Shown here: piece by piece, positions 10,030 to 20,842 of the stretch
Layout of the letters: each line of letters opens with the position of its first letter
Position numbering within the stretch: the first letter of the stretch is position 1
Assembly (NCBI GenBank): GCA_002753615.1
Contig: PEAO01000003.1
Span: 1 to 63,773 of the forward strand
Direction of reading: 5' to 3'
Length of the DNA stretch: 63,773 nucleotides
Origin: Magnetococcales bacterium DCbin2
Lineage (GTDB): Bacteria; Pseudomonadota; Magnetococcia; Magnetococcales; UBA8363
Position numbers and translations under genes: made by a program
The notes under the pieces: model-generated
Told to the model about the DNA's origin: nothing
Databases searched by the model: none
What the model saw: only the letters and a program-made list of their open reading frames with translations

Positions 10030-10338
10030 GGCGTGTTGACATTCAATAAAATTATTAAAAGAAAAATTGGGTCTGGGGGATTGCCCCCAGGGTTTTGATT
10101 TTAAATAAAAAACTTCCATTTTTTCTTTTGACTTTGTTTTCGTCATTAAATAAAAAGCTTAAATGCGAAAATATTTTTGTTTAAATTCAAAACCAAAGTC
10201 AAAAGCGGAACATGGAAACCTTTTTATTTAAATTCAAAGACAACAATCAAAACCCTGGGGGCAATCCCCCAGACCCCTTTCTTCTTTCAATAATTTTCTA
10301 GGGGGTGTCAATTAATTATCGAATGTCAACACGCCCTA
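10027..10338. mobile_element. Fold-back MITE-like element, copy B, with matched TIRs and TA flanks
   Basis: TA-GGGCGTGTTGACATTC ... GAATGTCAACACGCCC-TA; inner arms GGGTCTGGGGGATTGCCCCCAGGGTTTTGA / TCAAAACCCTGGGGGCAATCCCCCAGACCC. Confidence 0.88.
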
Positions 10339-10410
10339 AACCGCATCAAAAACAAGTCTTGAAGCATGGGGGATTCATGATAGAGTGATGGGGTTGCTTT
10401 TAAGTGCGGA

Positions 10411-12408
10411 GTGTTCCCCAAACAGGCAGAGAATTCATCCCCTATGCTCATAAAACGATCATCCATCCTCACTTGGGGATGGCTACCGCTATTGTTCTGT
10501 TTTTTTATCCAACCAGCCGCAGCGACCGAAGCCCTTCCAGAAAAAGATCTGGAGGTTTTTCGCCAGTATTTTTCTCTGCTGGAGAAAGAAGGCCCCAGTG
10601 AGGCACTCCTTGACCGTGCCACGTGGCCCGATAACGATGGTCTGGCATCCTACCTGGAACTGGAATTATTACTCCATCCCCGCTATGACGCCACGCTGCC
10701 ACGTCTCCTCAGTTTTCTCGAACGTTGGCCCAACCATGCCCAAAAAAAACGGATCGAAAAAAAGGTGGAAACCCATCTTTCCGAATCCATGCAAGAAGAT
10801 GAAGCCTTGACATGGTTTGACCAACACCCCCCCGTGACCACCGCAGGTCGCACGTTTTACGTCCAATTGCTATTGCAAAAAAACAGGACTGCCGAAGCCT
10901 TTCCCCTGTGGAAAAAACTTTACTTGGCGGGAATGGTTCTCCCCAGAGATCTGGCCGACAAAACAGGTCACTTTGAACAGCAACTCAGCATGGCCGACCG
11001 GGAAAAGCGTGCCCGCAGCCTTATCGGGAATAAAAGCTACGAAACATTACAGGATTTCCTGCAAAGCTTTCCCAAAGTCCGACGTGATTATTTTCTGGCC
11101 TTACTCGCCGCCTCCACGGGCAATGAAAAACTTTTTGCCGAATACCGTCGCCGCCTTCCCAAAAAAGAGGCCAATAAATCGGAACTCTGGTATGCCCGTA
11201 TTGACTGGCTGCGAAGCCGTGATCGGGTGGATGAAACCTATGCAATGCTCATGGGACCGGAAGGTCGGCATCTCAACGTCCATGATCGCAGTGTCCTCCG
11301 TTATAAACTGGGAAAATATTTTTATGGTTATGACCGACTCAAAGAGGCCTATCAATTACTCAATTTAAATGCCACCGAAAAGGGAGCCGAGCTGGAAGAT
11401 TCCCTGTGGCTGGCCGCGTGGACGGCCCATCGGTTAAACAAAGACAAACGCGCCTTGGAATTATTCAAGTTATTGGGGAAAAAGGCCCCATCAAGCAGCC
11501 GCCGTTCCCAGGGGGCATGGTGGGCGGCGGAATTGTCGCATTCCAAAGAGGATAAAAAGAATTGGATTAATCAAGCGGCCAAATTCCCCGGTAGTTTTTA
11601 CGGCTTGCTGGCCATGGAAACCCGCGATGGTCGCTTGCCCGACTTACGCAAGACCCCATTGCAATGTGGTGTCATCCAAGACCCACGTTTGCAGGAAGAT
11701 GTTACCAGAATGCTTCTGCTACGGGCTGTAGGCCGCGATGTGTACAATGGCCGCGAAGCGGAAAACCTTGCCCAACGTTACCAACTTGGGATTGAGGAAC
11801 AACTGTGCCTGGTACTCAATGCCGGGGCCTATGAAAATGCCATTCGATTGGCTTCGGGGAGCAAACACGGAGGTGGTCGCTATTGGCAGGCTCTCTATCC
11901 TATCCCCCACTGGCAACCGGGCTGGGGTTGGCAGTTGGACCCCGCCTTGATCTGGGGCATCGCCCGGCAGGAAAGTATGTTCGACACCCGCTCCCACTCC
12001 AGTGCCCAAGCGGATGGATTGTTGCAGATCATTCCCGCCACAGCTGCGGATGAAGCGCGTCAAAGTTCGTTGCCTCCACCCACCCCCGCGCTCATGCAAA
12101 ATCCGGCCTATAATTTGGCCTTGGGACAGGCTTATATGAAGCGTATGCTGCTCTCCTTCGGTGGCGACCTGGTGCTGGCCTTGTGCAGTTACAACGCCGG
12201 CCCCCACCGGGGAGAAAAATGGCGCGAACGCCGTCAAGGCGATTCAGCCATCGAATTTATCGAAAATATCCCTTTCAAAGAGACCCGCAACTATGTCAAA
12301 CAGGTGATCAATGGATTTGTTCATTACCAATTGCTCATGTACGGCAAAAGTTCCATCCTGAAGATGATCCATCCCGGTGAACCCGGTATGCAAAGCTTGG
12401 TCATGTAG
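10411..12408 (+). CDS. slt: Soluble lytic murein transglycosylase (Slt70-like)
   Basis: Signal-like N-terminus; IARQES, GLLQIIPATA, SYNAGP, IENIPFKETRNYVK motifs. Confidence 0.9.
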   Translation: MFPKQAENSSPMLIKRSSILTWGWLPLLFCFFIQPAAATEALPEKDLEVFRQYFSLLEKEGPSEALLDRATWPDNDGLASYLELELLLHPRYDATLPRLLSFLERWPNHAQKKRIEKKVETHLSESMQEDEALTWFDQHPPVTTAGRTFYVQLLLQKNRTAEAFPLWKKLYLAGMVLPRDLADKTGHFEQQLSMADREKRARSLIGNKSYETLQDFLQSFPKVRRDYFLALLAASTGNEKLFAEYRRRLPKKEANKSELWYARIDWLRSRDRVDETYAMLMGPEGRHLNVHDRSVLRYKLGKYFYGYDRLKEAYQLLNLNATEKGAELEDSLWLAAWTAHRLNKDKRALELFKLLGKKAPSSSRRSQGAWWAAELSHSKEDKKNWINQAAKFPGSFYGLLAMETRDGRLPDLRKTPLQCGVIQDPRLQEDVTRMLLLRAVGRDVYNGREAENLAQRYQLGIEEQLCLVLNAGAYENAIRLASGSKHGGGRYWQALYPIPHWQPGWGWQLDPALIWGIARQESMFDTRSHSSAQADGLLQIIPATAADEARQSSLPPPTPALMQNPAYNLALGQAYMKRMLLSFGGDLVLALCSYNAGPHRGEKWRERRQGDSAIEFIENIPFKETRNYVKQVINGFVHYQLLMYGKSSILKMIHPGEPGMQSLVM

Positions 12409-12414
12409 GGAGTT

Positions 12415-13278
12415 GTGATCGTGGCCAAAATGGGGACACCACCGATCGGCGAACGGATGAAATTTGGCATGTGGATCATGGCAACGGGCCTGATGCTGGG
12501 TACGGGGCTGTTTCTCATGGCCGTTTTTGATGTCGATCCTTGGAAGGATCACCGCTACAGCTATGCCCCCCCCATCGCGGCTGGGGCACCCTCCCCCCAT
12601 CCCGATGATCGCACACACCGGACCTGTTCCAGTTGTCACCAAATCATCAATCAACAAAGAGACTTGGCCATCCCCATAGCCCCACCGACCCCCGCTATCG
12701 CCAGCGGTGTCCCCTCCCCCCATGGCGATAACCGGGATAACATGGCCTGCTCTAAGTGTCACCGCATTTTGGCCCAAACAACAGTGCCCACGCCACCGGC
12801 AGCCCCTCCCCAGGTTGTCGCCCCGCAAACGGCCCAAGGGATCGCCGTGGCCATGATGACCGCACCCTACCCACTTCTCCCTGCCGCACCCACCGTCACA
12901 CCACGCGAATGGCATGAAAAATTCCAACCGGTCCGTTTTCAAGGAAAGATTCTCGCCGTGGTTGGCAAAAATATCCGTTATGGTCGCATCAACGTCAATA
13001 TTCTGGTCAATGATGGGATCAATCAACCTTCATGGTATAATCTGGCACCGGAGTGGTATCTCCAGGCAAAACGGTGCAACGTCTCCACGGGATTTTATGT
13101 GAAAGGGACCTCATTCAACGAATTGGGACAACCCAATGCCCTGCGCTATGGCCAAAGTCTGTCGGTCAATGGTCAGTTTTGCCAACTCCGCAATTCCCAC
13201 ATGGAAGGTTTGTGGAATCCAACCACCCGACATCATGCCCCTGGACATGACGCCAACGAAGAAGCTGACCTGGAATAA
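12415..13278 (+). CDS. mamX: Magnetosome protein MamX (two magnetochrome domains)
   Basis: N-terminal TM; PH-x8-CSSCH and PH-x8-CSKCH magnetochrome motifs; PVRFQGKI, NDGINQP, LAPEWYLQ..C segments characteristic of MamX. Confidence 0.92.
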   Translation: MIVAKMGTPPIGERMKFGMWIMATGLMLGTGLFLMAVFDVDPWKDHRYSYAPPIAAGAPSPHPDDRTHRTCSSCHQIINQQRDLAIPIAPPTPAIASGVPSPHGDNRDNMACSKCHRILAQTTVPTPPAAPPQVVAPQTAQGIAVAMMTAPYPLLPAAPTVTPREWHEKFQPVRFQGKILAVVGKNIRYGRINVNILVNDGINQPSWYNLAPEWYLQAKRCNVSTGFYVKGTSFNELGQPNALRYGQSLSVNGQFCQLRNSHMEGLWNPTTRHHAPGHDANEEADLE

Positions 13279-15239
13279 TGATCACTCCCGAAAACAATTT
13301 CCTGGCGAAAAATCCGGGGATTTTCTATCTGACCAGTGCCCTGGGTTCCCTGGTGATGGCCATTACCGTCGGACTCCAACCACTCTTCCTGGACGAATAT
13401 TTCAGCATTGCCTTTGAAGAATCGGGGACCATCAATGCCCACCTCCTAGTCATGACCCAATTGGTGGGACTGGCCCTGACCATCTCTCTGGAACCCGTGG
13501 CCCAGGCCACCAAAATCAAAGCCTTGCTGACGGCATTTCTTTTTGTCTTCCTCGGTTCCTTACTGGCCCCATTCAGCCATCTTTTTGGCGTCACCATTGG
13601 ACTCGGTGGATTGCTGGTCTATTACATCAGCCGCGTCATGGTCGCCTACGGCGCAGAAATGTCCCAGTGGCAATTGGCAACATTGGTTTTGGAACGCTTT
13701 GAGTGCCAGACCCATACCCATAAACTGCTGTCGTCCATGATGGTTATGGTCGTGGTTGGAGCCATGCTGGTCTGCGGCATTCTCCTGCAAATTCCCCTGA
13801 CAAAAACAAAATTGATTCTGGTCATGGTGGTCCCCATATTGGCCGCCCTGGCCGCCCTGGGGATGATTTATGCGGCATCGCGCCCTATGATGCCATCCGA
13901 TCCCCCCCCGCCCGCAAAAAACGGTGGCTTCGACAAGGTTATCGATGTTATTTCTGCCGATGCCCGACTGCAACTCTCTTTAGCCACCGCCTTTTTTGTC
14001 CGTGCCGACTTTATTGCCGTCAACCTTTTTTTCTCCCTTTGGTGTATTTCGTTTGCCGATCTTCTGGGCATTACCCGGGGTGCCGCCGTGGCCCATGCCG
14101 GATGGTTGTTGCTGATCACCGGCTTTGCACTCCTCGGTTCCATCCCTTTTTGGCAATCGTTCATGGCCCGATCCAGCCGTATCTCCGCACTGGGGATCGC
14201 CCTTTCCATTGGAGCCATGGGTTTTTTATTGCTATCGCGCATCGCCGACCCCTTTAATGGACCCGTCTTGATCCCCCTGATCATGATCGGCGTTGGACAC
14301 TCCGGTTGTTTGATCGCTTCCCGCATCCTGGCCGCCGAACTCTCACCCACCACCCTGCTCGGCCCGGTGCAGCGCGTATTTCAACTGGTCGGTGGACTCG
14401 GTGTCATTTTTTTGGTCCAAAGCGGTGGCTATTATTTCGATGCCGTCGGTCCACAAACCCCCTTTACCCTCCTGGGATCGGGATACCTGTTCCTCACCAT
14501 GTATGCCCTATGGATGGTGACCCATGGGATCGATGAACAAGCGGATCATACCCTGATCAAACATCAACGCCTGGACTTAAAACCATTATTTTTCATGTTT
14601 TGTCTCCTCCCTGTCACCTGGCTGGTGGGACGGGTTTTGATCACCGGCTATTCCCCCGGAAGCTCCGTGGGGCAGATGCCGGTTGGCTTCATCAATCGTT
14701 ATCTGGGGGACTGGGCGTTCAATTTTTTGCTGATTTCGCTGGCGTGGCGTCCTTTGAGCGAATTGGCCCGCCGCCGTTCTCTGCTGCGCTATTCGCGGAT
14801 GATCGGCCTTTATGGATTTTTCTACGCCACCCTGCACGTCATGACCTACGTGTTCTTGGAATGGGTACTCAAATGGGATGACATTGTGGCGGATATCCAC
14901 AAACGTCCCTTTATTTATCTGGGATTGGTCGCTTTCGTACTGTTGATCGCCTTGTCGGTGACCTCCATCTATTCCGTCAGGAAAAAAATGGGACAAACCC
15001 ATTGGAAACGGCTGCACCAATCGGTTTTTTTGATCAACATCCTGGTAGGATTGCATTTCTTTTTTGCCGCATCCCACGATAATGGCGAACCCTACGCCTA
15101 TATCGGGTTGGTATTGATTCTCATCGCCTACCGCATCCGCGAACAAAAAAACAAAAAAACGATCCCGGATAAAAAATCCCGGCACCGCCGTAGCGTCGGA
15201 TCAAAGCTTACAGGCAGCAATCCGCACAAAAGAGCTTAA
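13278..15239 (+). CDS. mamZ: Magnetosome protein MamZ (MFS transporter fused to ferric-reductase-like TM domain)
   Basis: MFS domain followed by RYSRMIGLYGFFYATLH..WKRLH..LH heme-b domain; start overlaps the mamX stop. Confidence 0.92.
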   Translation: MITPENNFLAKNPGIFYLTSALGSLVMAITVGLQPLFLDEYFSIAFEESGTINAHLLVMTQLVGLALTISLEPVAQATKIKALLTAFLFVFLGSLLAPFSHLFGVTIGLGGLLVYYISRVMVAYGAEMSQWQLATLVLERFECQTHTHKLLSSMMVMVVVGAMLVCGILLQIPLTKTKLILVMVVPILAALAALGMIYAASRPMMPSDPPPPAKNGGFDKVIDVISADARLQLSLATAFFVRADFIAVNLFFSLWCISFADLLGITRGAAVAHAGWLLLITGFALLGSIPFWQSFMARSSRISALGIALSIGAMGFLLLSRIADPFNGPVLIPLIMIGVGHSGCLIASRILAAELSPTTLLGPVQRVFQLVGGLGVIFLVQSGGYYFDAVGPQTPFTLLGSGYLFLTMYALWMVTHGIDEQADHTLIKHQRLDLKPLFFMFCLLPVTWLVGRVLITGYSPGSSVGQMPVGFINRYLGDWAFNFLLISLAWRPLSELARRRSLLRYSRMIGLYGFFYATLHVMTYVFLEWVLKWDDIVADIHKRPFIYLGLVAFVLLIALSVTSIYSVRKKMGQTHWKRLHQSVFLINILVGLHFFFAASHDNGEPYAYIGLVLILIAYRIREQKNKKTIPDKKSRHRRSVGSKLTGSNPHKRA

Positions 15240-16223
15240 GCGGTTCATTTGCAGAAAGGTTTGCAGGTTATTGAATGTTTGCTCATCCCGAAAGTGCAGC
15301 AGATATTCCCAAAAAGGTTCCACAATTTTTCCACGCGCCGCAGCCATGGCAGACCGGACGATTTCAACATCCAATCGACCCGGGGTACTCAACTCAACAA
15401 TTTCAAAACCCGCCGCAACGATCTGATCGGTCAACGCTTCCAAAGACAGGAGGTTCATCCGGTTGATGGGATTGATATTGGACGCATGTTCACCCAAAAC
15501 CTGATACTCAAACCCACTGCATGTGGTGGTGGTCAGCAGCAATAATCCATTTTTTCTGCAATTCTTCCCCGCCCAGGTAAAAAATTTCCGACAATCGGCC
15601 ATCCTTTCGATACTGTGAAAGGCGGTAATCATGTCAATACCATCGGGAATGTCACGCCACTCCGGCATAAAAATAATGCCTGACGGTGCCAGACTCTGGC
15701 ATTCAAAGAGTTGTGGCCGGAAAGAAACAATCGCCGACAACGAAAACTCATCCATAGCCCGGTTTAAGAAATAAGGTGAGCTACTGCCATAATCCAACAA
15801 GGTGGGGGAAACTTCAAACCGCTCATCCATCAATTCCGACAACCATTGAATGTTGGGACCATGCAGATGATTCAACTGGATTTCGGTCAAGCCCAACGTT
15901 TCCCGCCGCCCATAGCGGCAAGCGGAGGAGGATCTGTTAAATTCATCCAACACAACCTCATCGGGGCGCGGATTGACGAAGATGGAACCACAACCTAGAC
16001 ATCTTTCAAAAGCGAATCCCATCTTTTCATACGCCAAAGTCAATTCCAGGCCACCACATCCTGGACACGGGACTTTTTGAAACAGCGTGCGATCCTGAAA
16101 ATAATTGACAATGTCCTGGACCAGAAGCTCCACATACCCGCGATAGAACCGTCCAGCCCCCAGATTGGATGATTCCAAATGTTCAAGATTAATCGCTGAT
16201 CTCATATTATTAAAATCCTTCAT
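15201..16223 (-). CDS. SAM-dependent methyltransferase with N-terminal Cys4 zinc motif (polysaccharide cluster)
   Basis: CPGC..CLGC..FVNPRP, LLDYG, STPGRLDVEIV. Confidence 0.75.
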   Translation of the reverse strand: MKDFNNMRSAINLEHLESSNLGAGRFYRGYVELLVQDIVNYFQDRTLFQKVPCPGCGGLELTLAYEKMGFAFERCLGCGSIFVNPRPDEVVLDEFNRSSSACRYGRRETLGLTEIQLNHLHGPNIQWLSELMDERFEVSPTLLDYGSSSPYFLNRAMDEFSLSAIVSFRPQLFECQSLAPSGIIFMPEWRDIPDGIDMITAFHSIERMADCRKFFTWAGKNCRKNGLLLLTTTTCSGFEYQVLGEHASNINPINRMNLLSLEALTDQIVAAGFEIVELSTPGRLDVEIVRSAMAAARGKIVEPFWEYLLHFRDEQTFNNLQTFLQMNRLSSFVRIAACKL

Positions 16224-16276
16224 CCCGCAATATTAGAGCAATCTTCTTTCCAAGATCCCAACTTTAGCGTGAAGAA

Positions 16277-18115
16277 TCATTTTGATGGTGGCTTTTGTCT
16301 GGATTCCGGTAAAAATGGTACCAATGTTTCCGGTTTGATTTCATGACTATACCGAGTCAAATAACGGGTCGCCTCGGCGATGGCAGCCTGATATTGGCCA
16401 AGTGTCATGGATTCAAAATATTTGACACATTGGTTGATCTCCTCAGGCGTTGCAGCACTCTGCTTCAGTGGCGACGCAAACTGAAACAGGGGATCATCCT
16501 GCAAAACTTCAGTAATTCTCATATGGATCAGTGGTATTCCGTAGGCCAGGGCGGTAAAAACCGCTGTGGTCGAAACGTAAAGGACCGCATCGGCCTCTTT
16601 CAAAGCCTGATGCAAATCGGCAGGTCTGCTCGCAATAATCGGCCCAACACCCCCAAAAAGATCCACCCCTGACATTCGCGCCAAGATCTTGTTGGTATAT
16701 TGTTCAGGATGACCACGAATCAAGAATTGGTAATTTTCCAATCGAGCCACGTTATTCGCCAAAAATTGAACCACCTTGGGCGCATACGGCATCCCTTCCA
16801 ACAACACGATGATGCGATGGATCTTCTGTGGTAATCGATGATGTGGTTGCATCGAAGAAAAGTCTGGCCCGCGCAACCCACAACCACTGAAAACTGTGGC
16901 GGGCGCTTAGTGCCCCAACGAAAGAAAGATTGTTCGCGCTTCCTCTCCAGTACTGACAATTCTACTCGGACCTGGACGCAACCCCTTTTCCTCAACCGCA
17001 ATATAATTTTTCACATGGCATTCCAACACTGCGCAATGATGAAATCCGGTTACATCACGGGGAGGTGTAGAGCATTTCGCGGCCCAATCTACCGCCCTTT
17101 CCCAGGGATTGTTCTCATACATGTGAATCACCCGACAGTTGGGATATTCCCGGAACAATCTTCTGGATGCGTATTCCAAGCTGAAACCAAAAATAATGTC
17201 GGATGCTGCCCGGCGGCGAAGATCCCACCGAATCAATGCACGAACATCACCACTGGACGCAAATGTGATTTCAGGAATTTTTATGTTGACCGTCAAACCT
17301 TTCCAAAAAGATTGCAAGACTTCCCAATATGTCAGGAAATGGCCATAGGTAAACAGGGGAATGGCCGTTATTTTCTGCGCCGCCCGGATTGTTTCATGGA
17401 GCTTGTTGCCCGGAATCCCACAGAGAATGACCTGCTCCCCCCTTTGCGTCAAAAATTTCGGCAGATCGCCAAGGTAGGTATCATGAAAGGAGTCATGCCC
17501 CGCCTGCTTTTGCAAATTAGCTTGATGAATGATAGAGATGATCGCCACATCGGCATGGGTTGGTTTCTCCGTAGGCCAGCCCGCTTCCCGGCTTTTATGA
17601 ACCAAAAGGGTCGTGGAAGCCGCACGAACCAGGGCGCGTCTAAACCCCTTAACCCCGATCACCAGATATCGCAGAGACCACACCAAGCGGTCCAAGATGC
17701 CTGACTGAACTTGCCATCCATGACGCATCGCAATATTCTTAACCATAACCGCCACTTCAGGATCTTGACAAATCCAATACAGCGGCGCACCGAGTTCCAC
17801 TTGATCCAGGAACTTAGAAAAGCGCAACGCCAAAGCCAGAGAGTCCAACATGCATGAATTATGACGATCCCGCGATGACAACCATGTGTACCACCATGCC
17901 GGTTGATCGGCATTAGCCTGACTCATTCTTGTCACTAAATGCTTGAATTCCAAAACAACTTGTTGTGCTTCGCTCCCCTCCAGGATCGGCAGACTCAGGC
18001 CATTGTCTCCTGTTCCACGACCTAGGTATTCAGAATCGGCGATTCGTCGCACCCCCTTTTTAATAGACAAAGGGGTTCGAGAAAACAAAAAAAGCGTTTT
18101 CATTGGCTTTGACAC
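16277..18115 (-). pseudogene. Surface-polysaccharide biosynthesis / glycosyltransferase-like protein interrupted by in-frame TAA at 16907-16909
   Basis: ORFs 16907..18115 and 16277..16876 are in the same frame (LGH*APATVFSGCGLRG); YENNPWER, TGFHH, RGHP, STTAVFTALAYGIP motifs. Confidence 0.7.
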
Positions 18116-18325
18116 AGGAAGGGATTAAAAAACATTGGGCAATGATCCAGAAACCACCGATTCCGACACCGTTCAGAGATCAAAATCCACCGATAGGTTC
18201 CTGGACTTTGCCCTTCGAGAAGGCGATAGTGTCGTTTCAGCATCATCGGATCCCTTAGATGTGACCACAGGTAGGTTAAAGAAACCCACCCGCACCCAGA
18301 TAGCACACCATGCCGGAGAAAATCA

Positions 18326-19087
18326 ATGAACCTGAAAAAAAGATTACAGGAAGGAATTTTGAGTGTTGGTTCCTGGATTTCCCTGGCGCATCCCGCCCAT
18401 GCGGAAATCATGGCCAAATCTGGGTTCGACTGGCTCGCCCTGGATATGGAACACAGCGTCATCAGCCTAGCCGAGGCGGAAGCGATGATTCGGATCATTG
18501 AACTTTGCGGTGTCACACCACTGGTGCGACTCACCGCCAACGATCCCAATCAGATCAAACGGATCATGGATTCCGGTGCCCATGGCATCATCGTCCCCAT
18601 GGTAAAGAGTGCCGAAGAATCCCAAGCCGCCGTGCGCGCAGTCCGTTATCCCCCCCAGGGCAATCGCAGCGTCGGCCTAGCCAGGGCACAAGGCTATGGG
18701 GCACGGTTCCACCCCTATCGGGAGTGGCAGGCGGAACAGTCCATCGTGATCGTACAGATTGAACATATCGATGCCATGAAAGATCTCAAGGGGATACTCT
18801 CCGTGGACGGCGTGGATGGTTATTTCATCGGCCCCTATGATCTCACCGGATCCATGGGGATCACCGGACAGTTCAATCATCCCGATTATCTGGCCGTCGT
18901 CAACGAAATCCAACAAACCGGAAAAGCCCTGGGCAAACCCGGCGGCATCCACGTCATCGAACCAAACCTGAAAGAATTGCGCTCACGCATTGAGGAAGGA
19001 CACCGTTTTATCGCCTACAGCGTCGATTTTCGTATCATGGATGTCGCGTGTCGCGAAGGGATCGCTGTCGTCCAGTCATTCCGCTGA
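18326..19087 (+). CDS. HpcH/HpaI-family class II pyruvate aldolase
   Basis: GFDWLALDMEHS, RYPPQGNRSVG, VQIEH, FIGPYDL motifs. Confidence 0.92.
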   Translation: MNLKKRLQEGILSVGSWISLAHPAHAEIMAKSGFDWLALDMEHSVISLAEAEAMIRIIELCGVTPLVRLTANDPNQIKRIMDSGAHGIIVPMVKSAEESQAAVRAVRYPPQGNRSVGLARAQGYGARFHPYREWQAEQSIVIVQIEHIDAMKDLKGILSVDGVDGYFIGPYDLTGSMGITGQFNHPDYLAVVNEIQQTGKALGKPGGIHVIEPNLKELRSRIEEGHRFIAYSVDFRIMDVACREGIAVVQSFR

Positions 19088-19160
19088 AAAAACCGGAAAA
19101 TGGCCAACCACCACGGACACAAACGATTCCCCAGCGTCCGTGGTGTGCCACGCCCCATGC

Positions 19161-19910
19161 TTAAATCACGTTCAACCGACCATTTTGAGCCGTAACGTGA
19201 AAACGATGCTCTGCCAAGTTGGCCTCTTCCATCGTCACCACGCCACCCGCCGCCTTCACCAAAGCGCATCCCCCCGCAACATCCCACAGGCGGATGTTTT
19301 CTTCTTGGTACACATCCATTTTCCCACAGGCCACATAACACAATGAGAGTGCCGCACTCCCTAACCAACGGATTTTTCGGTAGCCTTGAATTTTTCCGAT
19401 CAGATGGGTCAACCCTTCCATGGAAAAATCACTCTTCACCGGAAATCCTGTCCCCAGGACCGCCGCGCCAATCTCCGTCGTCGCCGAAGGGTGCATGGGA
19501 ACATGATTCAACCAAGCTCCGGCAGCGATCTGCCCGCTGAACAGGGCATCATGATTGAAGTCGTACACTACGCCCAAAATCGGTTCAAGGCCCTCATAGA
19601 GGGCAATGGACACGCAGCACATGGGGATCCCCAAGTGATAATTCAGGCTGCCATCCAAAGGATCGACGATCCAACGCCGCTTTTCCCCCACCCCAGCACC
19701 GATGAAACCGGTCTCTTCGCTCAGAATGGGATGATCACTCCCCCTTTGCAGCAGGGTGACGATCATCTCCTCGGCCATGCGATCTGCCTTGATCTTGACA
19801 TCGTGGCCCGCAGCATTCTCGATACCCGCCCAAGCACTACGCCGATCTTTAAGCGCGTGACCCGCCAATAGAGCCGCCGATTCCGCCAGCCGCAACATTT
19901 CCATATCCAT
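19161..19910 (-). CDS. Inositol monophosphatase-family protein
   Basis: LSEE, WIVDPLDGSLNY, GSAAL, WDVAGG motifs. Confidence 0.92.
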   Translation of the reverse strand: MDMEMLRLAESAALLAGHALKDRRSAWAGIENAAGHDVKIKADRMAEEMIVTLLQRGSDHPILSEETGFIGAGVGEKRRWIVDPLDGSLNYHLGIPMCCVSIALYEGLEPILGVVYDFNHDALFSGQIAAGAWLNHVPMHPSATTEIGAAVLGTGFPVKSDFSMEGLTHLIGKIQGYRKIRWLGSAALSLCYVACGKMDVYQEENIRLWDVAGGCALVKAAGGVVTMEEANLAEHRFHVTAQNGRLNVI

Positions 19911-19924
19911 AACTTCTCCCGGTC

Positions 19925-20836
19925 TCAGTGCCCCACCCTCAAGCCCCGCAGCAGATTGGCCACCGTTTCACATTCCATCCGCACACGCCCTTCATGGGTA
20001 TAAGAGGCAACATGCGGAGTCAACAAGACCTGTTCATACCCGCACAGAGGACCAGAATAAGGTTCGGTCACAAAGGTGTCCAACCAAGCCCCCGCCACCG
20101 TTCCACAATCTAAAGCTGCGATCAGTGCCCCTTCATTCACCGCTTGCCCCCGCGATGCATTCAGCACGAACATCCCCTTTTTCATCCGCCCAAACGCCTC
20201 GTGGTTCAAAATTTCATCTTCGCCACTGTTATGGAGAATCACGCCGTCACACGCAGACAATGCCTCCCATAAATCGGAGACCAAAGGGGCCTCAGGATCA
20301 TTCAACTTGGGATCAAAGGCGAGGATCTCCACCCCCAACCCCTGCAACATCCGCGCTGTCGTCCTGCCAATGCGACCATAGCCGACGATCAAAATCTTCA
20401 TCCCCTGGAGTTGCCGCCCGGTCCGTTTGTCCCACGCCTTGCGGTGCAAAGCGCGGTCCATGACGGTGACCTGCCGGATCAGGGTCAAAAGACACCCCAC
20501 CGTCAATTCGGCCACCGCCAGCGTCGGCCCATCCGGGACGCCATAAACGGCAATCCCCAACTCTTTGGCCGCCGACATATCAACGTTGGCCATCCCCGAA
20601 CCGCAACGGGAAACCACCTTGAGGGTTGATCTTTCCAAGACCTCCCGATCTACCGTTTCCAAACCGGCGATCAAGCCATCCATCCCCTGCAACAATGGCA
20701 ACAACTCCGCTTTGGTCAATTTTCGACCCAAAGGGTTGAGGGTGAATGCAACCCCCGCCTCCCGCAACATGTTCAACGGGGCGGGATCGGTGGCGGAAAA
20801 AGAGGAGGTGCCAATCAAAATTTTAGGGGTGGTCAT
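19925..20836 (-). CDS. D-2-hydroxyacid (phosphoglycerate-like) dehydrogenase
   Basis: VAELT, GYGRIG, NASRG, LDTF..EP, TPHVAS motifs. Confidence 0.9.
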   Translation of the reverse strand: MTTPKILIGTSSFSATDPAPLNMLREAGVAFTLNPLGRKLTKAELLPLLQGMDGLIAGLETVDREVLERSTLKVVSRCGSGMANVDMSAAKELGIAVYGVPDGPTLAVAELTVGCLLTLIRQVTVMDRALHRKAWDKRTGRQLQGMKILIVGYGRIGRTTARMLQGLGVEILAFDPKLNDPEAPLVSDLWEALSACDGVILHNSGEDEILNHEAFGRMKKGMFVLNASRGQAVNEGALIAALDCGTVAGAWLDTFVTEPYSGPLCGYEQVLLTPHVASYTHEGRVRMECETVANLLRGLRVGH

Positions 20837-20842
20837 GGTCGC

